Of a DNA stretch of 64,000 nt, positions 10,530 through 19,554 are shown in pieces. Origin of the DNA: Lachnospiraceae bacterium (GTDB lineage Bacteria > Bacillota > Clostridia > Lachnospirales > Lachnospiraceae); contig JAUNNN010000004.1 of NCBI GenBank assembly GCA_030531435.1, positions 10,173 through 74,172 on the forward strand, given 5' to 3'. The notes under the pieces were generated by a model that was given only the letters and a program-made list of their open reading frames with translations, had not been told where the DNA came from and made no database searches. A program made the translations under genes and the position numbers. Every line of letters begins with the position of its first letter. The first letter of the stretch is position 1.

Positions 10530-10952
10530 TTATAATGATACAATAACGCTTGATTTAAAGTTTTCAGGAACGTTTGCTCCATCAACTGACATACTGATTA
10601 CAAATGTTACCTTGAACTGTTCACTGATCTTATCAAGTTTAGCAAGAACATCTCCAAGTGCAGCTGTATCTGAAATAAATGCTACATTTAAGAAGCTGTC
10701 AAGATACATTTCCTCGAGGTCATGATCCTGTGAAACAATACCACAAACAAATCCAACAAACTCATCTGTAGTTGTAATAGGATATTCGCTTGTATTGATA
10801 AGACGAATGCTGTTCTTAAGTTCATACATATGCTTTGAATTTTTATCAAGGTATACAATATTTCCAGAAACAGTATTAACCGCACCATTTACCTTATCAA
10901 GAAGGTGCTTTGTTTTTCCTTTACCCTTTTCTCCTACGATTAACTGTATCAT
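10530..10952 (-). CDS. small (140 aa) P-loop NTPase-like protein, function unknown
   Basis: Start chosen at the ATG at 10952 (MIQLIVGEKGKGKTKHL), which has a GGAGGA RBS 7 nt upstream. Walker A-like GEKGKGKT; possible Walker B in EEMYLDSF. The ORF-track start at 11012 lacks an RBS. Confidence 0.5.
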   Translation of the reverse strand: MIQLIVGEKGKGKTKHLLDKVNGAVNTVSGNIVYLDKNSKHMYELKNSIRLINTSEYPITTTDEFVGFVCGIVSQDHDLEEMYLDSFLNVAFISDTAALGDVLAKLDKISEQFKVTFVISMSVDGANVPENFKSSVIVSL

Positions 10953-11060
10953 TATTTGGTCCTCCTTATATCCTGAAAAATTCAGGTTTATATGCTGTCT
11001 TACGACAATCATTTTCTTTAATTAATTATAGTTGATTTTTTTGTAAAAAACAACCAAAAG

Positions 11061-12056
11061 TTAGCGTTCAAGTGACAGTAAAGATGATGTATTTGCATAA
11101 AGACTTTCAGGGCTTTCAGAATCCATAACTACTGATACAAACTCTTCTCCCTTTTCATTTTTAGAATACAATACAAGACATGCACCTGCCGCCTCTGTAG
11201 TACCTGTTTTACCACCTATAACTGTAACTCCAGCTGGTGTATCAACCTTTCCTGTAAGATATCTATTAGTAGCTTCAAAGTCTAACTTTTTAGCATCTCC
11301 ATTCTTTGATGTATAGGTTGATTTATACTCTTTAGTATTTAATAATTCCTTGAATTTATCGTATTTAAGAGCTTCATTAAAAATCAAATACAAATCATAT
11401 GCACTGGTAAGATGTTCTTCATCTGTAAGACCATGTGGATTTGTGAAGTTTGTATTAGTAGCTCCAATTGCTTTTGCTTCTTCATTCATTAAGGCAGCAA
11501 ATGCCTCAACTGAACCAGAAACATATTCTGCAATCATTACTCCAGCATCATTACCAGAATATACAATGAGTCCATGTAAAACCTGATCAAGAGTAGCACG
11601 GTCGCCTTCTTTAAATCCGCAGAGCTGTGCACCCTTTTCTTTTATTTCTACATTTTTTGATGCTGTAATCACATCATCAAGGTTTCCATATTTAAGCGCC
11701 AAAAGCGCTGTCATTATTTTTGTTGTCGATGCAGGATGTAGACGTAGATTTGCTGATTTTGAATAAATTGTCTCTGCAGTAGTTTTATTAAATAAACCAC
11801 CTGATGTCGCAAGAGATAAATCAGCCTTTTCAGGGCTAACATCTTTATCTACAACACATATATTTTTGGCAAATGGATTTACCTTATTTGATACACCCAC
11901 TGCAGATATACTATATGCACTTATATTTGAATCTACATCATATGGAATATCATATTTCTTAGAGCATCCGCATAAAGACATAATGCAAATAAGAAATAAA
12001 ACAACCACAAGATGCTTATTTGTACATTTCACGCCACTCCATATCCCCTCTATCAA
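11061..12056 (-). CDS. D-alanyl-D-alanine carboxypeptidase (peptidase S11, low-MW PBP), probable lipoprotein
   Basis: SxxK is ASTTKIM, SxN is YSGND, KTG is GGKTGTT. Signal peptide with an LCGC lipobox-like site. The exact start is uncertain because the ORF overlaps the mgsA 3' end. Confidence 0.85.
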   Translation of the reverse strand: MIEGIWSGVKCTNKHLVVVLFLICIMSLCGCSKKYDIPYDVDSNISAYSISAVGVSNKVNPFAKNICVVDKDVSPEKADLSLATSGGLFNKTTAETIYSKSANLRLHPASTTKIMTALLALKYGNLDDVITASKNVEIKEKGAQLCGFKEGDRATLDQVLHGLIVYSGNDAGVMIAEYVSGSVEAFAALMNEEAKAIGATNTNFTNPHGLTDEEHLTSAYDLYLIFNEALKYDKFKELLNTKEYKSTYTSKNGDAKKLDFEATNRYLTGKVDTPAGVTVIGGKTGTTEAAGACLVLYSKNEKGEEFVSVVMDSESPESLYANTSSLLSLER

Positions 12057-12411
12057 GAGATTTAACTAAAAGCTCTGCTGTTGCAAGATTAGTTGCAAGT
12101 GGAATATTATGCATATCGCAAAGCTTTACTATATAGGCTACATCTGGTTCATGAGACTTTGGTGTAAATGGATCTCTTAGGAAAATCATTAAATCAATCT
12201 CATTATGCTCAATCTGTGCACCTATCTGCTGCTCGCCCCCTAAATGACCAGCAAGATATTTGTGTACATTAAGATTAGTAACCTCTTCAATTAGTCGGCC
12301 TGTTGTACCTGTAGCGTACAAGTCATTTTTTGACAGGATTCCCATATATGCTATGCAAAAATTCTGCATGAGCTTCTTTTTGGAATCATGCGCAATTAAT
12401 CCAATATTCAT
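12016..12411 (-). CDS. mgsA: methylglyoxal synthase
   Basis: MNIGLIAHDSKK...GTTG...GPLGG-like GHLGGEQQIGA. 131 aa. Sits after rodA, as in Bacillus and Clostridia. Confidence 0.93.
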   Translation of the reverse strand: MNIGLIAHDSKKKLMQNFCIAYMGILSKNDLYATGTTGRLIEEVTNLNVHKYLAGHLGGEQQIGAQIEHNEIDLMIFLRDPFTPKSHEPDVAYIVKLCDMHNIPLATNLATAELLVKSLDRGDMEWREMYK

Positions 12412-12429
12412 GTAACCCTCTCCTTTAAA

Positions 12430-13557
12430 TCAGTATTGCGGCGTCTGTAAACGAACATTCAGTACAAAGCCAATTCCTATCATCAACGTCACAAGCGACG
12501 TAAGACCATAGCTTACAAAAGGAAGTGGTAATCCTGTATTTGGAAGTACTCCAGTTACAACGCCGATATTAATGAATGTCTGAAACCCGATTAAACATCC
12601 AACACCACCAGCAATTATAGATCCCGCTAAATCCTTTGCACTGATTGCAACTCTGATACATTCTATAACAATTAAAAGAAGTAATCCTATAACAACACAT
12701 CCACCGATAAATCCGGTTTCTTCTCCAACAACCGCAAATATCATATCTGTATGTGCTTCTGAAATAAAATTACCGTTCTTAACTGACGCAATAACGTTAT
12801 TATCAAGACCTTTTCCTGATAACTGTCCAGAACCAATTGCTGTAATAGCATTAAGAGTCTGATACGCTTCTGTATCTACAAACTGTTCTGGATATAACCA
12901 TGCCAGAATTCTGTTTTTCTGGTATGTATTAAGGACATCAACTCCATCCTTTATAAGATAACTAATAGCTAACATTACCGTTGGAACGGCAACAACTACT
13001 GCACCTATAACAATTTTCAGGCTTATTCCACCTATAAACATAACGGAGCAGAAAATTACCATAACCATAATTGAAGTCGATAAGTCTGGCTGTTCAAAAA
13101 TCAGGTAAACTACTGGAAGAACAAGCACCACACAAGCTACAATTACACGTATAGTATTTATATTATCCTCACGTTTCATAATAAACTGAGCATAAAATAA
13201 AATCAATAATATTTTAACCAGCTCAGAGGGCTGAAAACGAAAACTTCCAAACTCAAGCCATCTTGCAGCGCCACCACCAGTATCACCAAATAATCTAACT
13301 AAAACAAGGCTTCCAATACATCCAATATAAATAAGCCAGTAGAACTTTATAATAAAGTTATAACTTATAAATGAAATAATAAGCATAATTACAGCGCCTA
13401 ATATAACACCCATTCGCTGGTTTTTCATATGAGATGCTTCTGCACTTCCTACAAAAATAACGCCAAGAGAACAGATGGCTAATGTTAGAAGCACAAGCCA
13501 AAAATCATACTTTCTGAAATTGTATTCAACAAATAATCCTTTAATTTTATCTTTCAT
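12430..13557 (-). CDS. rodA: SEDS peptidoglycan polymerase RodA
   Basis: ~10-TM FtsW/RodA/SpoVE family (FQPSELVKI, EAHTDMIFAVVGEE, GLPLPFVSYG). Located in the mre-pbp2 elongasome cluster. Confidence 0.88.
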   Translation of the reverse strand: MKDKIKGLFVEYNFRKYDFWLVLLTLAICSLGVIFVGSAEASHMKNQRMGVILGAVIMLIISFISYNFIIKFYWLIYIGCIGSLVLVRLFGDTGGGAARWLEFGSFRFQPSELVKILLILFYAQFIMKREDNINTIRVIVACVVLVLPVVYLIFEQPDLSTSIMVMVIFCSVMFIGGISLKIVIGAVVVAVPTVMLAISYLIKDGVDVLNTYQKNRILAWLYPEQFVDTEAYQTLNAITAIGSGQLSGKGLDNNVIASVKNGNFISEAHTDMIFAVVGEETGFIGGCVVIGLLLLIVIECIRVAISAKDLAGSIIAGGVGCLIGFQTFINIGVVTGVLPNTGLPLPFVSYGLTSLVTLMIGIGFVLNVRLQTPQY

Positions 13558-13558
13558 A

Positions 13559-14230
13559 CTAAATTGGTAAATTGTTTAATAAATCTCTTGAAATTTCTTC
13601 TGTAACTATTTCACGTCCATTGATGTACGAAATTCTTGGAGTGATTTTATTTTTAGTAAATACTGAAGCTCTTAAAACAACTTCAGATACAACGTCTGCT
13701 ATTTCAACTCTGGCTGACTTCATATCAAGTGTAACTACAAAACTTCCTGTATTACCACCACTTCCAGCCTTTGCTGTACCATAAAGCGTACCAAGAATTA
13801 CTATATTTCCTTTTGATGTAACGCTGGCGCCAGGGTTAACATCGCCTAAAATAATTATACTTGTATCAGTTTCAAGATTTTCATGCGCTCTAAGTGTTCC
13901 TCTGTAATACTGACCATCTGTTGTATCCCCTGAATTAACAAATGTATTACTTGCTCTTAAAAATCTCTCATTCTTTTCTTCATCCTTGCCTATAACACAA
14001 AGAACTGTAAGATTAGAATTAAGTGTTATTCCGTCAATTAACGCCTGCTCTTCATCGTTTGTAATTTCTCTTCCTTCAAAAGTAACTACAACCTTTGCCT
14101 CTCCAAAGAACTTTGCAGACTCTCTAAACTTATCACATAAGTCTGAATATACTTCATTAAAATCTGCCTCTGGATCGAGCTTAATACTAAGTCCATCCTT
14201 TAGACTTTTAATTGAAACAAGATTTGCCAT
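13559..14230 (-). CDS. minC: septum site-determining protein MinC
   Basis: C-terminal beta-helix repeats (ILGDVNPGASVTSKGNIVILGTLYGTAKAG). Follows mreBCD-pbp2. Confidence 0.88.
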   Translation of the reverse strand: MANLVSIKSLKDGLSIKLDPEADFNEVYSDLCDKFRESAKFFGEAKVVVTFEGREITNDEEQALIDGITLNSNLTVLCVIGKDEEKNERFLRASNTFVNSGDTTDGQYYRGTLRAHENLETDTSIIILGDVNPGASVTSKGNIVILGTLYGTAKAGSGGNTGSFVVTLDMKSARVEIADVVSEVVLRASVFTKNKITPRISYINGREIVTEEISRDLLNNLPI

Positions 14231-14247
14231 AATAATAACCTCCCCCT

Positions 14248-17115
14248 TTAGTCATCTATTACTTCAACTTCATTTGTATCTGCAATACCTGTTACAAGGC
14301 TATCTGTATCATCAAGATTAAACTTATATTTAATAACATCTGCTGCAAGAGCTGCTGCATTTGCAGATGTATATCCATATGCTATACGTACAGCAACAGT
14401 TACTTCTGGATTCTCGTATGGTGCAAAACCAAGGAACAACGCGTGGTTAGTTCTTGATTTTGATGTCTGTGCTGTACCAGTTTTACCTGCAACGTTAATA
14501 CTTACATCTTTAAATGCTGATGACTTCTCTACAACAAGTCTCATACCCCTATGCACAGATGTCCAAGTATTATCAGATATATCTACATGATTTCTAAGAC
14601 TTGGACCATACTTCTTAATTAGCTTTCCATCTCCATCAACAACTCTGTCAACAAGTGATAAATTATAACAATTTCCTTTACTTGCAACTGTTGTTAAATA
14701 TCTTGAAAGGGCAATTGTTGTATAGTTATGACTACCCTGTCCAATTGCTGAGTCGACTGGAAGTGTTTCAGAGAATTTTGATTCATTTTCTTCTGTTTCT
14801 ACGCCCGTCTTTTCAGTAAGTCCAAACATATCAGCATATTTTTTAAGCCTTTCAAGACCATGCTGTTCATCGTAATTTTTAGTAAATCCATCTGTAGCAA
14901 GTCTGAATCCTACATCATAGAAAAATACGTTACATGAATTACCAATGGCATTAACTGCATCCATGGCACCATGTCCACCAGGATATACCCAGCACTTCTT
15001 CTCTGTATCAAAAAATTCATATAAACCATGACATGTTATTGTTTCACCAGGATTAACAATGCCTTCTTCTAATGCTGTTACGGTGGATAACATCTTAAAT
15101 GTTGAACCAGGAGCTGTCATCTGCTGGGTAGCGTAATTGTACATAGGTGACGCTGCATCAAGCATAAGAGATGCATAATAATCAGAATCAATTGTATTTG
15201 CAAGTCTGTTATTATCATATCCTGGATATGATACACAGGCTAAAATTTCACCATCTACAGATGAAACGACACATGAACCAGAGCATGGGTCTAAGGCAAG
15301 CTGGGCTGGAGTAATTTCAAGATTAGCAATTTTATTAATAATAAAATCATATGCTGTCTTCTGCCCTGACTCTAGTGCACTCTTTTCTGCACCAGTACCA
15401 TAAACAACTCTCTGCTCATAGAGGATCATGCATATTTCTCTGCCTGATATTTCATTATCAGCAATCATATATTTATACTGACGTTTGCAAAAGCCCTTAT
15501 CTTTGACAAGCTTTTCACAAATATAATCAACAAGGCCTGCATAAATTTCATCAGCATCTGAATATTTTGAACTAAGTTCAATTTTTGATATATCTATCCA
15601 CTTCTTTGAAAGTGCATACTGCAAATATTCTTTAAGTGAAATAGTTTCATTTGTAGCCCATTCAATATAGGTTTTATCAGTTTTATCAACTTCTGAACTT
15701 ATAATTACACCTTTATTGGATGACGAAAGCATTGATACAATGTAGCTCTCATAAACCTGCATTTCTTTTGGAAGGTCTTTGTATGGAGTACTTCCACTTG
15801 TTAATTCTTCGCGAATTCTATCAATTGAACGCTGTTCTTTATCTAAGAATCGCTCATACACAAGGCTCTCATATGTAGCAGCATTATCATCAGCAAGCTC
15901 ATCAATATTAATTACACTATTATTAAAAAGAGCATAATAAACATCATCAATAGGAATCATCATATTTGATGTTTTTACAACAGAGTTGTCATAGGTTTTC
16001 ATGTTAATAATTTTCTTAACAAGAATACCTGCAAGCTTCTGTTCAAGCATATTGTAAACAGCCTTTTGTAAATCAAGATCAATTGATAAATAAACATCAT
16101 TTCCAGCTGTTGGCTCTTCTCTTGATACTGTTTCAATGACACGTCCTACGTTATCTACATAAAGGACCTCTGAACCCTTATCTCCCTGTAGATGTTCTTC
16201 CATAGCTTTCTCGACGCCAGATTTACCAACAATATCATTCTGAGTATATTTTTTATCTGACTCTTTTAACTCAACTAAATCATCTGGTGATGCATTACCT
16301 GTATATCCAATAATATGTGCCATGTATTTAGCATTTGTGTATTTTCTAAGAGTACTTTCTTCTACATCAACACCTTGCAAGTTTGCTTTATTTTCCATAA
16401 TTGCAGCAACAGTTTCTGGGCAAACCTCAGATGCAATAACTGTTGATAAGTACTTCTGATATGCATTGGTACTCATAGAGTATCTGACTGTAATTATTTT
16501 TAAAATTTCTTCCTTGGTGTAACCCTTCATTGGAATAAATTCTACAGTTCCATGATTATCTTCTCTAGCACCAATACCGTATTTTTCCTGACTACATAAA
16601 TACTCAATAACATCATCAGGTGTAGCATTTCTCTCATTGGTTTTTAGATCATCAATTTTCTTTCTGCCATATACATCTGCTAAAAATCTTAATAGCCTTG
16701 TTTCAGATACCGCAAACTCATACTGACTGTAATCATTTAAAATAATGTTGAAGTTATTTACTGTTGTATCTCCGTTTTCTTCAATTATTCTTACAGTATC
16801 TCTAATACAGTCATTAAGCTTTTTATTTTTTTTGCTGCCAGATTCATAGTTATCTTCAATAGTAACTGAAAATGCAAGCTCGTTATATGCTAATAATTCA
16901 CCATTTCTATCATAAATATTTCCTCTTGTAGATTTAAGAGTTTTCTCTTTTTTGATAGTGAGAGTAAAGTCATCAAGATATTCCTGACCATTAATAATTT
17001 GCAACACAAAAATTCTGTGGATTAACACAGAAAATAATGCGATAAAAACAAATATTAAAATAATAAGACGAATAACTGCAGTATTTTGCAGCCACTCTTT
17101 TAAATCAGATAACAA
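14248..17115 (-). CDS. mrdA: class B penicillin-binding protein 2 (elongasome transpeptidase), long form of 955 aa
   Basis: N-terminal TM and pedestal domain. Transpeptidase motifs are STFK (Ser671, codon 15103-15105), SCN (727-729) and KTGTA. Follows mreD. Confidence 0.9.
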   Translation of the reverse strand: MLSDLKEWLQNTAVIRLIILIFVFIALFSVLIHRIFVLQIINGQEYLDDFTLTIKKEKTLKSTRGNIYDRNGELLAYNELAFSVTIEDNYESGSKKNKKLNDCIRDTVRIIEENGDTTVNNFNIILNDYSQYEFAVSETRLLRFLADVYGRKKIDDLKTNERNATPDDVIEYLCSQEKYGIGAREDNHGTVEFIPMKGYTKEEILKIITVRYSMSTNAYQKYLSTVIASEVCPETVAAIMENKANLQGVDVEESTLRKYTNAKYMAHIIGYTGNASPDDLVELKESDKKYTQNDIVGKSGVEKAMEEHLQGDKGSEVLYVDNVGRVIETVSREEPTAGNDVYLSIDLDLQKAVYNMLEQKLAGILVKKIINMKTYDNSVVKTSNMMIPIDDVYYALFNNSVINIDELADDNAATYESLVYERFLDKEQRSIDRIREELTSGSTPYKDLPKEMQVYESYIVSMLSSSNKGVIISSEVDKTDKTYIEWATNETISLKEYLQYALSKKWIDISKIELSSKYSDADEIYAGLVDYICEKLVKDKGFCKRQYKYMIADNEISGREICMILYEQRVVYGTGAEKSALESGQKTAYDFIINKIANLEITPAQLALDPCSGSCVVSSVDGEILACVSYPGYDNNRLANTIDSDYYASLMLDAASPMYNYATQQMTAPGSTFKMLSTVTALEEGIVNPGETITCHGLYEFFDTEKKCWVYPGGHGAMDAVNAIGNSCNVFFYDVGFRLATDGFTKNYDEQHGLERLKKYADMFGLTEKTGVETEENESKFSETLPVDSAIGQGSHNYTTIALSRYLTTVASKGNCYNLSLVDRVVDGDGKLIKKYGPSLRNHVDISDNTWTSVHRGMRLVVEKSSAFKDVSINVAGKTGTAQTSKSRTNHALFLGFAPYENPEVTVAVRIAYGYTSANAAALAADVIKYKFNLDDTDSLVTGIADTNEVEVIDD

Positions 17116-17117
17116 CT

Positions 17118-17624
17118 TTAGGCGTTCCTTCTCTCAATATCTTCAAGCCATTCGTTTAAAATGACAATGCCTTTATAAATAAGCAGTGTTGCAAGAATCG
17201 TATAAACGATTTCTGGCAATATAATGTGAACAAAATAGTATCCAAATGCAAGACGTCCTCTTAAAAGGAATCTGAAAATGTAACAAATCATGCAGTATAC
17301 TATTTCACTAACTGTAATTAGTAATAATGGGAGTTTAATATCTTCTGGATAAAAAATATTTTTGAAAAATCCATTTAAATATCCAATAAGCACATAGCAA
17401 ATTGTGTAAAATCCAAAAACATTTCCAAAAAATATATCAACTAAAATCCCACATAAAAAACCAACCGCCATCCCTTCATTCTGACCTCTCATGAAGCCAA
17501 AGGATGCGGTGATAATTAATAATATGTTAGGAACTATTCCACCAAGCGATATGTAATTAAGTACAGAACACTGAAATATAAATCCAAAAAATATTATCAG
17601 CGTCAATATAACTTTACGAAGCAT
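17118..17624 (-). CDS. mreD: rod shape-determining protein MreD
   Basis: 168-aa polytopic membrane protein immediately after mreC. Confidence 0.8.
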   Translation of the reverse strand: MLRKVILTLIIFFGFIFQCSVLNYISLGGIVPNILLIITASFGFMRGQNEGMAVGFLCGILVDIFFGNVFGFYTICYVLIGYLNGFFKNIFYPEDIKLPLLLITVSEIVYCMICYIFRFLLRGRLAFGYYFVHIILPEIVYTILATLLIYKGIVILNEWLEDIERRNA

Positions 17625-17626
17625 TA

Positions 17627-18490
17627 TTATTCCTTCTGCTGCTTTAGTTCTTTAATGATAAGTACTGTTGACATATGTTTAAAATCAACAACAGGAGTCA
17701 ATAGTCCAGATTTTGTAAGATTATTTGCATCAAGACTTATTTCTGTAATATATCCAACAGATATACCTGGTAAATACTTACTACTTATATGTGAAGTAAC
17801 GATCTGATCACCCTGCTTAACTTCATCATCCTCATCAATAAGCTGTGAGAACTTAATAAAGCCTTCATTCATAAGTTCCAAATCACCTTCAACAATTAAA
17901 TTATCTGATGTTGACTGAATCATTGCACTAACGTTTGAATCATCATCAATAATTGATTTTACAGTTGCCCAGTTTGGGCCAACTTCAGTTATGATTCCAA
18001 CAAGTCCACTACCTGCCATAACATTCATATCAACTGCAATTCCATCATTAGAGCCTTTATCAATTAGGAATGTAGAAAACCAGTTACCTGTATCTTTTCC
18101 TATAACTCTTGCACCAACCTTTTCATATTCTGAATATTTTTGGTCAAGCTCATAAAGCTGTCTTAATTCAGACAGCTCGTATTTATCCTGCAAAAGCTCA
18201 TTATTTTTGATTGTGAGTTCGTCCATCGATAATTTCAGGCTATCGTTTTCTTCTCTTAATGCCTGAAGTTCTCTGATGTCATCTGATCTTCCAGTAAGCC
18301 ATGAACCAACTGATTCTATACCCTTCTGAAAAGGTACAACAGTATAGCCCGCTACTATTTTTAATGGACCTGTAAACACATCTGTTATATATGAAACTAC
18401 CATCATGCTTACGCATAAGATAGCAAGTATGAGCAAAATATATTTGCTTGGAATCTTTATTTTATTTTTATTTGATCGATTCCTTGCCAT
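17627..18490 (-). CDS. mreC: rod shape-determining protein MreC
   Basis: N-terminal TM, a coiled coil (LQALREENDSLK..), and C-terminal beta-barrel domains (GSGLVGIITEVGPNWATV, DQIVTS). Confidence 0.9.
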   Translation of the reverse strand: MARNRSNKNKIKIPSKYILLILAILCVSMMVVSYITDVFTGPLKIVAGYTVVPFQKGIESVGSWLTGRSDDIRELQALREENDSLKLSMDELTIKNNELLQDKYELSELRQLYELDQKYSEYEKVGARVIGKDTGNWFSTFLIDKGSNDGIAVDMNVMAGSGLVGIITEVGPNWATVKSIIDDDSNVSAMIQSTSDNLIVEGDLELMNEGFIKFSQLIDEDDEVKQGDQIVTSHISSKYLPGISVGYITEISLDANNLTKSGLLTPVVDFKHMSTVLIIKELKQQKE

Positions 18491-18498
18491 AGACCTCT

Positions 18499-19509
18499 TT
18501 ACTTTTCAAACTCCTGCATTGAATAGCAGACAGTTTTTAATACATCACTTTTAATAATCTGTGACAAGCCATATGCTACACTAGCCTGTCCATGTGGAGC
18601 AAAATTAACCTTAAGACCCGTAGCATCAGCAATTAACTGATGAAGGTCTCCAATAATCGCTGAACCACCTGTTAAATAAATACCTCTTCTGTATATATCT
18701 GCTCCAAGCTCAGGTGGAGTTCTTTCAAGAATTGCACGAATATTATCAATAATTGTTTCAAAGTTTTCGTGCATTGCTTTTTCAATCATATTTGTAGGTA
18801 TTGTTCTTTCAACTGGAAGTCCTGTAACAATATCTCTACCATATAGAACAGCATCTTCCTCAGCTGCTTCAAGCTCTGGAAGTGAAATTTTAACTCTCTC
18901 TGCTGTCTTCTGTCCAATAAGTAAGTTATATTCTTTACGAATAATATTTTTTATTGATTCATCAAATTTCTTTCCACCTATTTTTATAAGCTTACTTAAA
19001 ACGATTCCGCCAAGAGATAGAATAGATATTTCAGTAGTCTCATAACCAATATTTACGATGAGTACACCTGGGAAATTTGTAATATCAGAATCAAGACCAA
19101 TGCCATCAGCTATAGCCTTTTCAACAATATAAATATTTCTAGCCTTAACGTTAGAATCACTAACAAGATCAAAAAAGGCCCTTTTTTCAACTTCTGTAAT
19201 ATCAGTTGGAACTGAAATATAATAATCGGCTGAACGGAAATTGCCTCCTGTTGCATCTTCAACAAAATTATGAAGAAGTATCTGCATATGATTAATATCT
19301 GCAATAACTCCGTTAGTCACAGGAAATGTAACAGCAATATTATCTGGAGCTTTCTCATACATTTTGAAAGCTTCATCACCATAAGCCAAAACATTACGCT
19401 TATTTTGAATAGCTATCATATTTTTATGAGTAGATATATTATCTGTAAAACCGTTATAAATTTTTATATTGTATGTACCTAAATCAAGGCCAATTGCATT
19501 AACCGCCAC
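18499..19509 (-). CDS. mreB: actin-like rod shape protein MreB
   Basis: GLDLGTYN phosphate-1, NGVIAD, IYLTGGSAIIGDL. GTG start with an AAGAGG RBS 7 nt upstream. Confidence 0.85.
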   Translation of the reverse strand: MAVNAIGLDLGTYNIKIYNGFTDNISTHKNMIAIQNKRNVLAYGDEAFKMYEKAPDNIAVTFPVTNGVIADINHMQILLHNFVEDATGGNFRSADYYISVPTDITEVEKRAFFDLVSDSNVKARNIYIVEKAIADGIGLDSDITNFPGVLIVNIGYETTEISILSLGGIVLSKLIKIGGKKFDESIKNIIRKEYNLLIGQKTAERVKISLPELEAAEEDAVLYGRDIVTGLPVERTIPTNMIEKAMHENFETIIDNIRAILERTPPELGADIYRRGIYLTGGSAIIGDLHQLIADATGLKVNFAPHGQASVAYGLSQIIKSDVLKTVCYSMQEFEK

Positions 19510-19554
19510 TTTTTTAACCTCTTAAATTATTTATAAAAACACAGAATAATTTTA

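Noticed and set aside
10240-10725. A 161-aa plus-strand ORF spans the end of the P-loop gene, the terminator, and the start of the HlyD-like gene.
   Set aside because: It is antisense to two well-supported minus-strand genes. Its composition is low-complexity and Ile/Phe/Ser/Asn-rich, typical of AT-rich antisense frames. It has no RBS and runs through a terminator hairpin.
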